Origin: Dendrobates tinctorius
Lineage: Eukaryota
Assembly: GCF_039654945.1 (NCBI RefSeq)
Contig: NW_027361765.1
Span: 25,730,001 to 25,794,000 of the forward strand
Direction: 5' to 3'
DNA length: 64,000 nucleotides
In this document: piece by piece, positions 12,977 through 26,510 of the stretch
How positions within the stretch are numbered: position 1 is the first letter of the stretch
Layout of the letters: each line of letters starts with the position of its first letter
Position numbers and translations under genes: made by a program
Notes under the pieces: model-generated
What the model was told of the DNA's origin: nothing
The model's database searches: none
Seen by the model: only the letters and a program-made list of their open reading frames with translations

Positions 12977-14573
12977 AAAATATATTTTCTTTATTTCATT
13001 ATGTTTGCCTATATAAGGGGGTGATAAACGGGGGGGTTATGTACTATTTTTCTTATTTTCATCACTATGATCGTTTATCATAGTGATCAAAATAATGAAT
13101 GGAATCTGCCAGCCGGAGCCGGCATATTCCCGGTGGGCACACTACGCATGTGCCCACCATTTTCAAGATGGCGGTGCCCATCGGAGGACGCCGGCGGGAC
13201 GCGGGACCACCGGGAGGGGACGGAGGACCACAGAGAGGTACTGGGGGGGATCGGGGGGGATCGGGGACCCTATTTCTCTCTCCTCTGATGTGCGATCACA
13301 TCAGAGGAAAGAGAAATTTAATGCATAATCGCGGCTTCTTTTTTTTTGCGGTCGCTGTTATAGGGTTAATAACGGCGATCGCAAAAGCGGGTTCGGTAAA
13401 AACCGACCGATTCATGTTCTCTGGGGTCTCGGCTACCCCTGGCAGCCGAGACCCCGGAGAAAATCAGACACTGGGGGGCGCTATCTACTTTCTCCACAGC
13501 GCCGTGAATTAACGGCGCTGTGGTTTCAGTACACTCAATTACCCCTGCTAAAAGGCGTATCGGCGGTCGTTAAGGGGTTAAACCACTGGTAAGAAAAACA
13601 GCCAGCTATTTACAGGACACCACGGACCTTTTGAAAAAGGTATCTACAATAGGTTGCCCCTCTCAAGGGTACCATCATAGCCACCACGGATGCAGAATTT
13701 CTATATTCTAACATCCCACATGAAGATGAACTAACCACCTGCTAAATGTTTGTGGAAGCTATTAAGATCCCTTCTGAGTCTGTATTAAAACTTACCGGAT
13801 TTACTGCATCTTCACTCATAATTTTTTCTGTTTCAGTCAGTAGTGTAGAACAAGCATTAAAATGCTCAAGTGCTCGTTACTCAAGTCCAGCAGGTCAGAT
13901 GCTTAGACTTGAGTAATGAGTATAGTGAAAGTCAATGGGAAATGCAAGAACTTTTCCAGCAGACCCGCTCGGAAGATCTGGGGGGGGGGCCGGAAAATAG
14001 ATGTATGTGGCGCTCAAATGGAATAGGAACAGCATGGGAGAGATGCATCTCTGACTCCCCGGTCACTGCTGGGAACAATGTTGTCTGAGAATTACGACCC
14101 TTTTATGATGTGATAATAAAACATCCAAAACCGAAGCTAAAATGGATTTTACAGGAAAAAATGTTAGGAAATATTCTTTCCTGTATAAAGACTTGTATAT
14201 AAGGCAAAGTTAAAAAGAGAAAAAAAAACCTCATCCACCCCTATCCACACATAGTGTTTTTGCACTTTCTCATTGCTTTCAATGGTTAAAAAAATTTCAT
14301 GGGTAAATGTAATTTTAACTTTTTACTACCTTATCTTGGCATATGGCGTGTGTTATTTTCAGGCACATCCTGTTAAATTTATGAAGGAGGGACAAAAACT
14401 GGAAGGAAGAGGGACTCCAATATACTGTTAACATTTTTAGGTAGTGGGATTCCTAAACTCATAAAATCTATGAACAAAGTGCAAGGGCTGCCAAAAATTT
14501 GAAGTAGGGACTCCAATACACCCTGTAAGACACTTAGAGGAGGGTCTCAAAAAACTTTTTTTCCCATTATTAA

Positions 14574-17500
14574 CCTCTTTCTGATATCAGACATACTATT
14601 CTGTCCATGTGCCCTGGGTCAATTTGTCCATGGACAGAATAGTATATCTCAGCGATCGGGTGCTGTGCGGCCAATCGCGGTCGAGTGTCAGCTAATTCTC
14701 ACAGCTGACACCAGGCACTAAGTGCCAAGAGTGGTCATAGACCACTCCCGAGACATTAACCCCTGGAATACTGCGATCGAACATGATCACAGCATTCTGG
14801 GAGCAGGCAGAGGGCTGAAAACCTCTATGCCTTTGGATTGGAGACCCCGCGGCGTGACGCAGGGTCCCGATCACTGCCATGGTAACCCAATGTCGTCATT
14901 ATGACATCCGGGTTACCAGAGCTAAGAAACTTCCTGGTCATGCACAGTGCATGATCAGGAGGTCTCTCAGTGTCAGTGCAATGCTGACAACTTCTATAGC
15001 ATGCAGATGCTGCTTCACCTGCATGCTATATAAGCGATCAGCCTGCAAAATATGATTGTCCCATAGTGGTACAAAGTCTAAAAGTTAAAATAAAGTAAAA
15101 AAAAAAAATTAAATAATTGTAAAAATATTTTAAAAAATTAAAAATAATAATAAAAAAATATTTATTCTATCACTAAATAAATATTTGAATGAAAAAAAAA
15201 TCTAAACAATTAAAGTACACATATTTGGTATTGTTGTGTCTGTAATGACCCGACATATAAAACAGTCCCACTAGTTAACCCCTTTAGTGAACACCATAAA
15301 CAAACAAGGCAAAAAACAATGCTTTATCACCATACCGCCGAACAAAATGAGGAATAACACGCGATCAAAAAGACGGCTATAATTAAACATGGTACTACTG
15401 AAAACATCATCTTGTCCCACAAAAAACAAGCCCCAATACAGCTCTATCTCCGGAAAATAAAAAGTTATTGCTCTCAGAATAAAGCGATGCAAAAATAATT
15501 ATTTTTAATATAAAATAGTTTTTATTGCATAAAAGTGCCAAAACATAAAAAATGATATAAATTGGATTTTGCTATATTCATACTAACCCAAAGAATAAAA
15601 CTGCTTTATCAGTTTTATCACACGCCAAATGGTATAAACGCCCCCCCAAAGAAATTCATGAATTGCTGGTTTTTGTTAATTCTGCCTCTCAATAATCGGA
15701 ATAAGCAATCAAAAAATGTCATATGCCAGAAAATGATACCAATAAAAACATCAACTCATCCCGCAAAAAACAAGACCTCACATGACTCTGTGGGCCAAAA
15801 TATGGAAAAATTATAGCTCTCAAAATATGATGATGCAAAAACTGGTACTTGCAATAAAAAGCGTCTTTTAGTGTGTGACAGCAGCAAAACAGAAAAAGCC
15901 GCTATAAGGCCTCTTTCAGACGTCCTGATATTTCCAGTACCGGAGATGTCAGTGTCCATTTGTGTAATACTTGCGGCACATGTGTGGCATGCATATACCG
16001 CATCAGTACCACAAGGACGGGCGCCAGGGAAGAAGCGTCACAGTAAGCTCTGCTGCCCGGCGCTGAACACAGCTCTCATTATTCTCCCCTGCTCTGCCAG
16101 TGATCGGCACAAGCAGGGGAGAATGATGAGAGCCGTGTTCAGAACCCGGCACCTGGGAACAGCGCTTACTGTAATGTTTCTTCCCCGGCACCGATGCGTG
16201 TCACATGGATGACATCCATGTGTGTTATGCGTATGCACGTGTGCTGGATGTTTTGTGGGCCCATGCTGACATTAGAAAACGGACATATCAGCGTGTTTTG
16301 ACCATGGACACATGGTCCGTGGAAACACACTGACATGTGCACAGACCCATTCACTTGAATAGACAAATAACGCTCTGCTCCTCCCAAGTTTCTCCGCATG
16401 GCAGCCCAATGGTATAATATTCTGTGACGCACCCATGTTGTCAATATGATCACTGCACCCCTAGATGAATTAATTGAGAGGTGTAGTTAGTAAAATGGGG
16501 TCACTTATGGATGGTTATGCTGTTTTGGCACCTTATGGGCTCTCCCAGTGAGTCATGGCACCTGCAAACCATAACAGTAAAATCTGACGCTTCTTCCCTT
16601 CTGAGCTCTGCCATGTGCCCAAACAGTGGTTTACCCCCATATATTGAGTATCAGCATGCTCAGGACAAATTGCACAATAACTCTTGGGGTCCAATTTCTT
16701 CCTTTACCCTTAAGGAAAAAAATTGGGGGCAAAAAGGTCATTTTTGTGGAAAAAATATGATTTTTTATTTTTACGGCTCTAAGTTATAAACTTCTGTGAA
16801 GCACTTGGGGGTTCAAAGTGCTCACCACACATCTAGATAAATTCCTTAGGTGGTCTAGTTTCCAAAATGGTGTCACTTGTGGGGGGTTTCCATTATTTTT
16901 GGCACATCAGGGGCTCTCAAAATGCGACATGGCGTCCAATCTTAATTCCAGCCAATTTTGCGTTGAAAAAGTAAAACGGCGCTTCTTCTTCCTTTCCGAG
17001 CTCTGCCATGCACCCAAACAGAGGTTTACCCTACATATGGGGTATCATCATACTCAGGACAAATTGAAAAACAACTTTTGGGGTTAAATTTCTCCTGTTA
17101 CCCTTGGGAAAATAAAAAATTGGGGGCGAAAAGATTATTTTTGTGGAAAAAATATTATTTTTTATTTCTACGGCTCTTCGTTATAAATTTCTGTGAAGCA
17201 CTTGGGGGTTCAAAGTCCTCACCACACATCTAGATAAGTTAATTGGGGGGTCTAGTTTCCAAAATGGTGTTACTTGTGGGGGGTTTCCACTGTTTAGGGA
17301 CATCAGGGGCTCTCCAAACGTGACATGGCGTCCGATCTCAATTCCAGCCAATTTTGCTTTGAAAAGTCAAACGGCGCTCCTTCCCTTCCGTGCTCTGCCA
17401 TGCACCCAGTGGTTTACCTGCGTTTATGGGGTATCAGTGTATTCAGGAGAAATTGCACAACAACTTTTGGGGTCCAATTTCTATTGTTGCCCTTTGTAAA

Positions 17501-18142
17501 ATAAAAAAAAATTGGAATTGAATTAAATTTTTTGTGAAAAAAGTTAAATGTTCATTTTTTTTAAACATTCCAAAAATTCCTGTAAAGCACCTGAAGGGAT
17601 AATAAACTTCTTGAATGTCATGTTGAGCACCTTCAGGGGTGTAGCTTTTAGAATGGTGTTACTTTTGGGAATTTTCTATCATATAGACCCCTCAAAGTGA
17701 CTTTAAATGTGATGTGGTCCGTAAAAAAAGTTGTAAAAATGAAAAATTGCTGTTTAACTTTTAACCCTTATAACTTCCTAATAAAAAAAATGTAGTTCCA
17801 AAATTGTGCTGATGTAAAGTAAACATGTGGAAAATGTTACTTATTAAGTATTTTATGTGACATATCTCTGTGATTTAAGGGCATAAAAATTCAAAGTTGA
17901 AAATTGTGAAATTTTCACAATTTTCGTCAATTTCCGTGTTTTTTTCCCACAAATAAACGCAAGTAATATCAATGACATTTTACCACTATCATGAAGTACA
18001 ATATGTCATGAGAAAACAGTGTCAGAATCACTGGGATCCACGGAAGCGTTGCAGAGTTATTACCTCATAAAGGGACAGTGGTCAGAATTGTAAAAATTGG
18101 CCTGGTCATTAACATGCAAACTAGCCTTGGGGGGTAAAGGGG
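14574..18142 (-). mobile_element. Large non-autonomous piggyBac-like element B, inverted relative to A and C
   Basis: TTAA at 14570-14573 and 18143-18146. Reverse-complement similarity to element C at both ends. ~400-bp internal repeats. Confidence 0.85.
15906..16365. mobile_element. Harbinger-like palindromic MITE inside element B
   Basis: Starts TAA|GGCCTCTTTCAGACGTCC. Internal inverted repeat GCTCTCATTATTCTCCCCTGC / GCAGGGGAGAATGATGAGAGC. Confidence 0.45.
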
Positions 18143-18164
18143 TTAAAGAGTGGGAATCCAAAAG

Positions 18165-18255
18165 TGGGATGATTTAGCGAATCCTGCTTTGAGCAGGGGG
18201 TTGGACCAGATGGCCCAGGAGGTCCTTTCCAACTCTACGATTCTATGATTCTATG
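18165..18255 (+). mobile_element. CR1 LINE 3' end
   Basis: GAGCAGGGGGTTGGACCAGATG...GGTCCTTTCCAACTCT followed by ATTCTATG octamer repeats. Confidence 0.85.
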
Positions 18256-19251
18256 CACTAAGTGCAAGGCCTAGCAAAAATTTAAAGGAGGGATTACAGT
18301 ACACTCTGGAAGGCATGTATAAGATGGCCTCAGAATAAATTTTGTTAGAATTTTGAAAATATTGTCAATAAATTCATTGAAAGCAGCTATCATGTTTTGG
18401 ACTGTGGAAGAGATTTATGTGACCAGAAGGACCACTTCTTTCTATAAGAGGATACTGACATGAGACAATGAGAAATGAGAAATTAAACAAGATGAGAAAA
18501 AGCAAAAACTTGACTTGAATAAAACTAAAGCTGTCGACATGCTGAGTGAAGACTATGTGGAAAATGAAGATCTTACCACCATTGCTGTATTATGGTTCCA
18601 CCCCTCAGTGTGTCTGGGATGCAGCACTTTGATTGACAGTTCAGCCATCCAGTCTGGCTGTGTGGTGTGCTGAACTCTCAGTATATTGATTGACGGCTTG
18701 GCAGTCCAATCTGAGACTGGGAGGTGCTGGCTGTCTCCAGCTGTTTAAACTCCCAGGTGATTGCAAGGCTACTTAATTGGGCTGTTTCTCCCAGATCCCT
18801 GCCAGCCATACAGTATATTCAGCTACTATGTGGTTTGTCTCTCTGTGCCTTGTATTCTGTTTGTAGATCTTTCATTGTGTGACCTTGGACCTTGTTCTGA
18901 CATTCTGCTTGTTTAACCCCTTCTTCTCTGATCTGCTATCCTCCTGGCTTCTGACCTTGGACTCCTTGACTCTCCCATCTCACAGCTTGGCAATGAGAAG
19001 TGACTCAGTGCCACATTCCATATTAAAAATTTAAGAAACACACCAAAATTATGATGGGATGGAGAAAACCGCATTCACTGTAACTAGTGAAGAGCACATA
19101 CAGGGCTAGAGCAGTTCAGTTGAAAAGTGTGGCAGTGCGTCAACAGACTGAACCCCTGAAGAGAACGTTGCGAGTCACTGTCCGTGGCCATGTTCTCAGA
19201 GAGTCATGTCCAGAGAGAGAATCTTAAAAAGAGTGGGACTCATACACTGCT

Positions 19252-20040
19252 TGTTAGGTGCCGGGATTCTCCTGCTGCTCAGGGTGGATCCCAGGTATGG
19301 TCTGGTGCTGTGGTCTCCAATTCTGGTCCAGCCGCCAGGATTCCTGCTCGGCGCAGGGGTCGGTCCTGGCGTCTTGCTCAGGCTCGTGGTATATGTTTGG
19401 TTATTGCTGGTCCTCCAGCCAAGTCTATGGTAACTAGTGATATTCAGGTGCAGTCTTGCGCTCTGGAGTCTAAGTCCAGAGATCACCTTACCGAGCATGT
19501 CCGTGATGTGGAGTCTTCTCATTGGTGGTCGGACGTTAGCTGCTCTGGTGATGTGACAGCTCTGGATTGGTCCGCGGGCGATGTCACGGCCGGTTGGGCT
19601 TGAGTGTTTGGCATGGAGCTTTGGGTTTAAAAGGCTCTCAGCGGCACACGCAAGCGCGCTAGTATCATTCAGGTTCGGTATGTTTGAGTGGATACTCTTC
19701 CACTATGTCTGCACGTGTGTGTATTTGTCTACCTTTGGAGTCTGAGCTTCTAATGTATTATTCCGCTTGGCTTAGCATCTGTCTCGTTCATGTGTGCAGT
19801 TAGCACAGTTCAGTTACAGAGCAAGCTCAACCCTTTTGCACTACCTTTCTGTGAAGTTAACAGAGCTGGGTATTCTGTGTTCCATTCACACTGTGTGACG
19901 TTAACACAGAGTGCTTAAGGTAACTTTCGCTGTTCCGTTATTATTCTCGCTAGCAACAGGTTCATTTCTGCACAGTGGACCCTGGGTTGCGATTGCACTT
20001 TATTTTATATTTTATTTTGTGCAATCCGCCAACCCTAACA
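19252..20040. mobile_element. Solo LTR
   Basis: TGTTAGG...CCTAACA termini. 5-bp TSD CTGCT at 19247-19251 and 20041-20045. Confidence 0.85.
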
Positions 20041-21423
20041 CTGCTTAAGCCTATGCACATAGTGCAAGGCCTAGCAAAAATTTAAAGGTGGGATTGCAAT
20101 ACACCCTGGAAGAAATGTAGAAGAGGGCCTTAGAATTTTTTTTTTTTACAATTTTAAAGAGTCAGACTACTAGATTCACTTACCCAGCAAGCACAGTTTG
20201 CCCTGATCTGTGGCCATTGCCTCTGCATGCACCACAATTAGCAGGATGTCAACTTCCCTTACCGCACACCTTGCACATTTTAAATTAATTAGATAATAAA
20301 TACCTGAAAACTTTATGGCATTGTTTGGGAGAATAAAATATGTAGCTCTGAAAAGGACTTTTGTCTTAAGCTTGCTGCAGCAGTAGACCTATGAAAATAT
20401 TGGAAGCCAATAAATCCTACCTACAGTGCCTTGCGAAAGTATTCGGCCCCCTGGAACTTTTCAACCTTTTCCCACATATAATGCTTCAAGCATAAAGATA
20501 CCAAATGTAAGTTTTTGGTGAAGAATAGTGTTGAGCATTCCGATACTGCAAATATCGGGTATCGGCCGGTATTCGCTGTATCGGAATTCCGATACCGAGT
20601 TCCGATATTTTTTCAATATCGGATATCGGAATCGGAAGTTCCCATAATGCAATGAGCCACTGTTGTGGCTCTGATTGGCTGCCGAAATGACGTCATCATG
20701 ATGCGCGGTCTGTGCTCATCATGATGCGCCGTCAGTTCAGGCCTTCCGGGGGGTCTGTGCCGACTGCCCGGGGGTCTGTACCGGCCTGCCGGGGGTCTGT
20801 GCCGACTGCCCGGGGGTCTGTACCGGCCTGCCGGTGGTCTGTGCCGACTGTCCGGGGGTCTGTGCCGACTGCCCGGGGGTCTGTGCGGACTGCCGGGGGT
20901 CTGTACCGGCCTGCCGGGGGGCTGTGCCGGCCTGCCGGTGGTCTGTGCCGACTGTCCGGGGGTCTGTGCAGGCTGCGGGGGTCTGTGCAGGCATCGTCCA
21001 ATGGGACTGCAAGTCCCATCGGGTGATGCCTGCTACCATAACGGTGATTGACACATTAGCCAATGATGGGACAGTAGTTGTCCCATCATCCGGCTAATGT
21101 GTTGAATGTAAAAAAAAACCATACTACATACATGATACATACATACTACATACATGCTACATACAAACTACATACATACTGCATGCTACATACATACTAC
21201 ATACATGCTACATGCTACATACATACTACATATATACTACATGCATGCAACATGCATACCACATATATACCACATATATACTACATGCATGCAACATACA
21301 TACATACAACATATATACTACATGCATGCAACATGCATACTACATATATACCACATATATACTACATGCATGCAACATATATATACTACATATATACTAC
21401 ATGCAACATGCATACTACATATA

Positions 21424-23030
21424 CAGTGGGGAAAAAAAGTATTTAGTCAGTCAGCAATAGTGCAAGTTCCACCACTTAAAAAGATGAGAGGCGTCTGTAA
21501 TTTACATCATAGGTAGACCTCAACTATGGGAGACAAACTGAGAAAAAAAAATCCAGAAAATCACATTGTCTGTTTTTTTTTTCATTTTATTTGCATATTA
21601 TGGTGGAAAATAAGTATTTGGTCAGAAACAAAATTTCATCTCAATACTTTGTGATATATCCTTTGTTGGCAATGACAGAGGTCAAACGTTTTCTGTAAGT
21701 CTTCACAAGGTTGCCACACACTGTTGTTGGTATGTTGGCCCATTCCTCCATGCAGATCTCCTCTAGAGCAGTGATGTTTTTGGCTTTTCGCTTGGCAACA
21801 TGGACTTTCAACTCCCTCCAAAGGTTTTCTATAGGGTTGAGATCTGGAGACTGGCTAGGCCACTCCAGGACCTTGAAATGCTTCTTACGAAGCCACTCCT
21901 TCATTGCCCTGGCGGTGTGCTTTGGATCATTGTCATGTTGAAAGACCCAGCCACGTTTCATCTTCAATGCCCTTGCTGATGGAAGGAGGTTTGCACTCAA
22001 AATCTCACGATACATGGCCCCATTCATTCTTTCATGTACCCGGATCAGTCGTCCTGGCCCCTTTGCAGAGAAACAGCCCCAAAGCATGATGTTTCCACCA
22101 CCATGCTTTACAGTAGGTATGGTGTTTGATGGATGCAACTCAGTATTCTTTTTCCTCCAAACACGACAAGTTGTGTTTCTACCAAACAGTTCCAGTTTGG
22201 TTTCATCAGACCATAGGACATTCTCCCAAAACTCCTCTGGATCATCCAAATGCTCTCTAGCAAACTTCAGACGGGCCCGGACATGTACAGGCTTAAGCAG
22301 TGGGACACGTCTGGCGCTGCAGGATCTGAGTCCATGGTGGCGTAGTGTGTTACTTATGGTAGGCCTTGTTACATTGGTCCCAGCTCTCTGCAGTTCATTC
22401 ACTAGGTCCCCCCGCGTGGTTCTGGGATTTTTGCTCACCGTTCTTGTGATCATTCTGACCCCACGGGGTGGGATTTTGCGAGGAGCACCAGATCGAGGGA
22501 GATTATCAGTGGTCTTGTATGTCTTCCATTTTCTAATTATTGCTCCCACAGTTGATTTCTTCACTCCAAGCTGGTTGGCTATTGCAGATTCAGTCTTCCC
22601 AGCCTGGTGCAGGGCTACAATTTTGTTTCTGGTGTCCTTTGACAGCTCTTTGGTCTTCACCATAGTGGAGTTTGGAGTCAGACTGTTTGAGGGTGTGCAC
22701 AGGTGTCTTTTTATACTGATAACAAGTTTAAACAGGTGCCATTACTACAGGTAATGAGTGGAGGAAAGAGGAGACTCTTAAAGAAGAAGTTACAGGTCTG
22801 TGAGAGCCAGAAATCTTGATTGCTTGTTTCTGACCAAATACTTATTTTCCACCATAATATGCAAATAAAATGAAAAAAAAACAGACAATGTGATTTTCTG
22901 GATTTTTTTTTCTCAGTTTGTCTCCCATAGTTGAGGTCTACCTATGATGTAAATTACAGACGCCTCTCATCTTTTTAAGTGGTGGAACTTGCACTATTGC
23001 TGACTGACTAAATACTTTTTTTCCCCACTG
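21424..23030 (-). mobile_element. Full-length Tc1 element, 1607 bp
   Basis: TA TSD. ~205-bp near-identical TIRs starting CAGTGGGGAAAAAAAGTATTTAG. Confidence 0.95.
21641..22663 (-). CDS. Tc1 transposase, intact DD34E, 340 aa
   Basis: Paired-like [17 protein letters not shown] and SPDLNPIE motifs. 34 residues between the second D and the E. No stops. Confidence 0.95.
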   Translation of the reverse strand: MVKTKELSKDTRNKIVALHQAGKTESAIANQLGVKKSTVGAIIRKWKTYKTTDNLPRSGAPRKIPPRGVRMITRTVSKNPRTTRGDLVNELQRAGTNVTRPTISNTLRHHGLRSCSARRVPLLKPVHVRARLKFAREHLDDPEEFWENVLWSDETKLELFGRNTTCRVWRKKNTELHPSNTIPTVKHGGGNIMLWGCFSAKGPGRLIRVHERMNGAMYREILSANLLPSARALKMKRGWVFQHDNDPKHTARAMKEWLRKKHFKVLEWPSQSPDLNPIENLWRELKVHVAKRKAKNITALEEICMEEWANIPTTVCGNLVKTYRKRLTSVIANKGYITKY

Positions 23031-23607
23031 TATACTACATGCATGCAACATGCATACTACATATATACCACATATATACTACATGCATGCAACATACATA
23101 CATACAACATATATACTACATGCATGCAACATACATATATACTACATGCAACATGCATACTACATATATACCACATGCATGCAACATGCATACTACATAT
23201 ATACTACATATACTACATGCATGCAACATACATACTACATATATACCACATATATACTACATGCATACTACATATATACCACATGCATGCAACATACATA
23301 TATACTACATATATACTACATGCAACATACATACTACATATATACTACATGCATGCAACATACATACTACATACATACTATATATATACTACATGCATAC
23401 TACATATATACCACATGCATGCAACATACATATATACAACATATATACTACATGCATGCAACATGCATACTACATATATACCACATATATACCACATATA
23501 TATTACATGCATGCAACATACATACATACAACATATATACTACATGCATGCAACATGCATACTACATATATACAACATATATACTACATGCATGCAACAT
23601 ACATATA

Positions 23608-25322
23608 GATTCAAGATTCAAAGAAGCTTTATTGGCAGGACTAAATACACATTAGTTTTGCCAAAGCAGGTGTACAGAAGGGAATAGTGATCGGGACTGT
23701 AGGGATGTTGGGTAGGAGCTGTAGGAAAGGTGGATGGGGCAGATCCAGGATGGGGCTATAAAAGTCCATGGCATAGGGAAGGTGGATGGGGGCATGGGGG
23801 CAGATCCAGGATGAGGCTATAGAAGTCCATGGCATAGGGAAGGTGGATGGGGGATTGGGGCATATCCAGGGTGGGGGCCATAGAAGTCCATGGCATATCG
23901 TAGTTCTCTTTCTCGCAGTCTATGGCATTCGCTCACATATTGCGCTGCTATCTCCACTGCTCTCTCTTCTTCCCCCAGCAGGATATATGTTTTCTCTTCC
24001 TCCTTCATGGTGGTGAAATCCGGGAAGAGATGTGAGAGTCTCCTGAAGTGAGTGCCCCTCACTGCTGAGTACTTGGAGCAGTGTAGCAGGAAGTGGGTCT
24101 CATCCTCCAGGGCCTCCTGGTCACAGTGTTGGCACAGTCTTTCCTCCCTGGGCTTGTAGCTCTGCCTGTGTCGGCCGGATTCGATGGCCAGACTGTGGGC
24201 ACTGAGTCTATACTGGCTCAGGATCTTGCGGTCTTTGGGGTTTCTCCAGGTATGGAGCCAGTCTGTAGTCTCTCTGTAGACTCTGGTACATGGTCAGTTT
24301 CTGTGAGCTGATGATGTCGTTCTTCCAGTCACTTACGTACCTCTCCTGGCCTTCGTCTACCATCTTCCTGATTCCGGCTTTTGTCAGGTTGTTGTGATTG
24401 GTGTTCTGGTCAGGTTGGGTTTGGGTGAGCTTTTCCGAGGGTCCTGGTTTTTCTGTTTCCCCTACATGTGTCAGGGCTTTATGGTGATGGTAGCTTGGAT
24501 TGCTCCTACATGGGTGAGCCCGGAATGACAGTGCCCTCTTTAGAACCATTAGGTGTAGAGGGAATCTGCCCAGCTCGGCCTGGCAAGCACTGTTGGAGGT
24601 GCTTCGATGGACTTGGAGAAGGTGCTTGCAGAATTCCAGGTGGAATATTTCTGTTGGGCTGGAATCCCACCTTGACCAGTCTGGGTAGGTGTGAGGACCC
24701 CAGACTTCGCTGCCATACAGGAGGATTGGGGCGATGATAGAGTTGAAGATTTTTAACCAGACCCTCACTGGTGGCTTTAGATGGTAGATTTTCCTTCAGA
24801 TGGCATAGAAGGTTTTGCATGCCTTGTCTTTCAGGGTCTCTATGGCTTGTTTGAAGCTCCCTGATCGGTGAATCTCTAGGCCCAGGTAGGTATATTTGTC
24901 CGTTCCTGTAAGGGCGCAGTTGTTGAGGATAAATGAAGGGTGCTGGTCTGATTTTCTCTTTCTCTTCTGGAACACCATGATGTTTGTTTTCTTTAGGTTG
25001 ACCGGTAGAGCCCAGGTGGAGCTGAATTTCTCTAAGATTTTCAAGTTTTCTTGGAGGCCTTTCTCGGTTGGTGACAGAAGCAGCAAGTCATCTGCATACA
25101 GCAGGAATTTCACCTGCGCGTCGTGGAGGGTGAGACCTGGTGCTGTGGAAGATTCCAGAGCAGTAGCCAGCTCGTTGATGTAAATGTTGAAGAGCGTTGG
25201 GCTTAGGCTGCAGCCTTGTCTGACTCCCCGGCTCTCCTGGAAATAAGCCGTTCTTCTGCCGTTCACACTCACACTGCAGAGGTTCTTGGTGTAGGAGCTT
25301 TTGATATCATCATAGGTCTTTT
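23608..25322 (-). mobile_element. 5'-truncated LINE (RTE-X-like) with a frameshifted RT
   Basis: GVRQGCSLSPTLFN, LLYADD, LLYGSEVWG, AELGRFPL, and C-terminal RLCQHC...ETHFLLHC. The 3' end has AATAAA followed by (TTGAATC)2. Confidence 0.85.
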
Positions 25323-26510
25323 CATATATACAACATATATACTACATGCAACATACATACTACATACATACTACATATATACCACATGCATGCAACATGC
25401 ATACTACATATATACTACATATATACTACATGCATGCAACATGCATACTACATAATACTACATATATACCACATGCATGCAACATGCATGCTACATATAT
25501 ACCACATATATACTACATGCATGCAACATACATATATACTACATGCATGCAGCATACATACATACTACATATATACCACATGCATGCAACATGCATAAAC
25601 TTTTTTGAGATGAAAGTTTAAAGGGACGGCCGGGTCTTGGTAGATTTGCAGTGTTATGATACTCCTTCCATTTCAATATGATCGCTTGCACAGTGCTCCT
25701 TGGGATGTTTAAAGTTTTGGAAATCATTTTGCATCCAAATCCGGCTTTAAACTTCTCCACAACAGTATCACAGACGTGCCTGTTGTTTTCCTTGATCTTC
25801 ATGATGCTCTCTGTGCTTCAAACAGAACCCTGAGACTATCACAGAGCAGGTGCATTTATACAGAGACTTGATTACACACAGGTGGATTATATTTTTCATC
25901 ATTAGTCATTTAGGACAACATTGGATCATTCAGAGATCCACAGTGAACTTATGGAGTGAGTTTGCTGCACTGAAAATAAAGGGGCCAAATAATATTGCAC
26001 GCCCCACTTTTCGGTTTTTGAATTTCCACAAAAATTAAAAATAACCAATAAATTTCGTTCAATTTCACAATTGTGTCCCACTTGTTGTTCATTCTTCGCC
26101 AAAAATTTCCATTTGGTATCTTTATGTTTGAAGCATGATGTTTGGGAAAAGGTTGAAAAGTTCCAGGGGGCCGAATACTTTTGCAAGGCACTGTATACGC
26201 CTCTAATGCAGGTAACAGCAGTATAGATGTTGCCCAAAAAAGGACTTTTAGTTTTAGCTTACAGAAGCAAAGACTGTAAGGCAATGAACTTTATGTATAT
26301 GCCTCTAATGCTAAACTATCCCATCTCCAGCAGCCAGTCCTACACTAATAAATCCTAATAATAAAGCGAGGTACATAAATTAAAAAAATATTTTCCAGAC
26401 TCCCAACAGGCAAGACTTCCTTTTCCCCAACAGGGGGACGACTCTCCCTCTCTTCCTCCTGCTCCTCTTCTTCAGGCCATCGATGCCAAAAAGATGAGAA
26501 TCTGGTGTTG

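Larger units (their letters stand above)
11152..13577 (+). mobile_element. Large non-autonomous piggyBac-like element A
   Basis: TTAA at 11148-11151 and 13578-13581. TIRs CCCCTTAGCGAC / GTCGTTAAGGGG. Cleanly splits the PLE reading frame. Confidence 0.85.
10900..13840 (+). pseudogene. Penelope-like element RT, N-terminal part, interrupted by the insertion at 11152-13577
   Basis: Joined across the TTAA insertion it reads MLPKIPKPGNPGRPIISGLGTLTENVSRWIKNAF|KPLVRKTASYLQDTTDLLKK...ATTDAEFLYSNIPHED. This matches PLE RT motifs LPKIHK, GRPIIS and DVxSLYSNIPH. Confidence 0.85.
20526..25597. mobile_element. Left half of a hAT-type foldback MITE with expanded simple repeats
   Basis: Starts TAGTGTTGAGCATTCCGATAC, like the element at 34909. 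GC-rich ~20-bp minisatellite at 20745-20990, then TACA/TGCA simple repeats. Right end is missing. Confidence 0.75.
20424..26193 (-). mobile_element. Outer Tc1 element, internally deleted, hosting nested insertions
   Basis: TA-flanked TIRs CAGTGCCTTGCGAAAGTATTCGGCCCCCTGGAAC at both ends. Transposase N-terminus only (ORF 25539-25802). Confidence 0.88.

Noticed and set aside
18585-18985. Possible solo LTR
   Set aside because: LTR-like composition but no matching TSD found.
20712-21097. G/R/C/A-rich ORFs (also 35101-35499 and 36336-36962)
   Set aside because: GC minisatellite inside MITEs.
21078-25621. Long H/Y/T/I/C-rich ORFs (e.g. 23039-23687)
   Set aside because: They are translations of the TACA/TGCA simple repeat and are open in all three frames.
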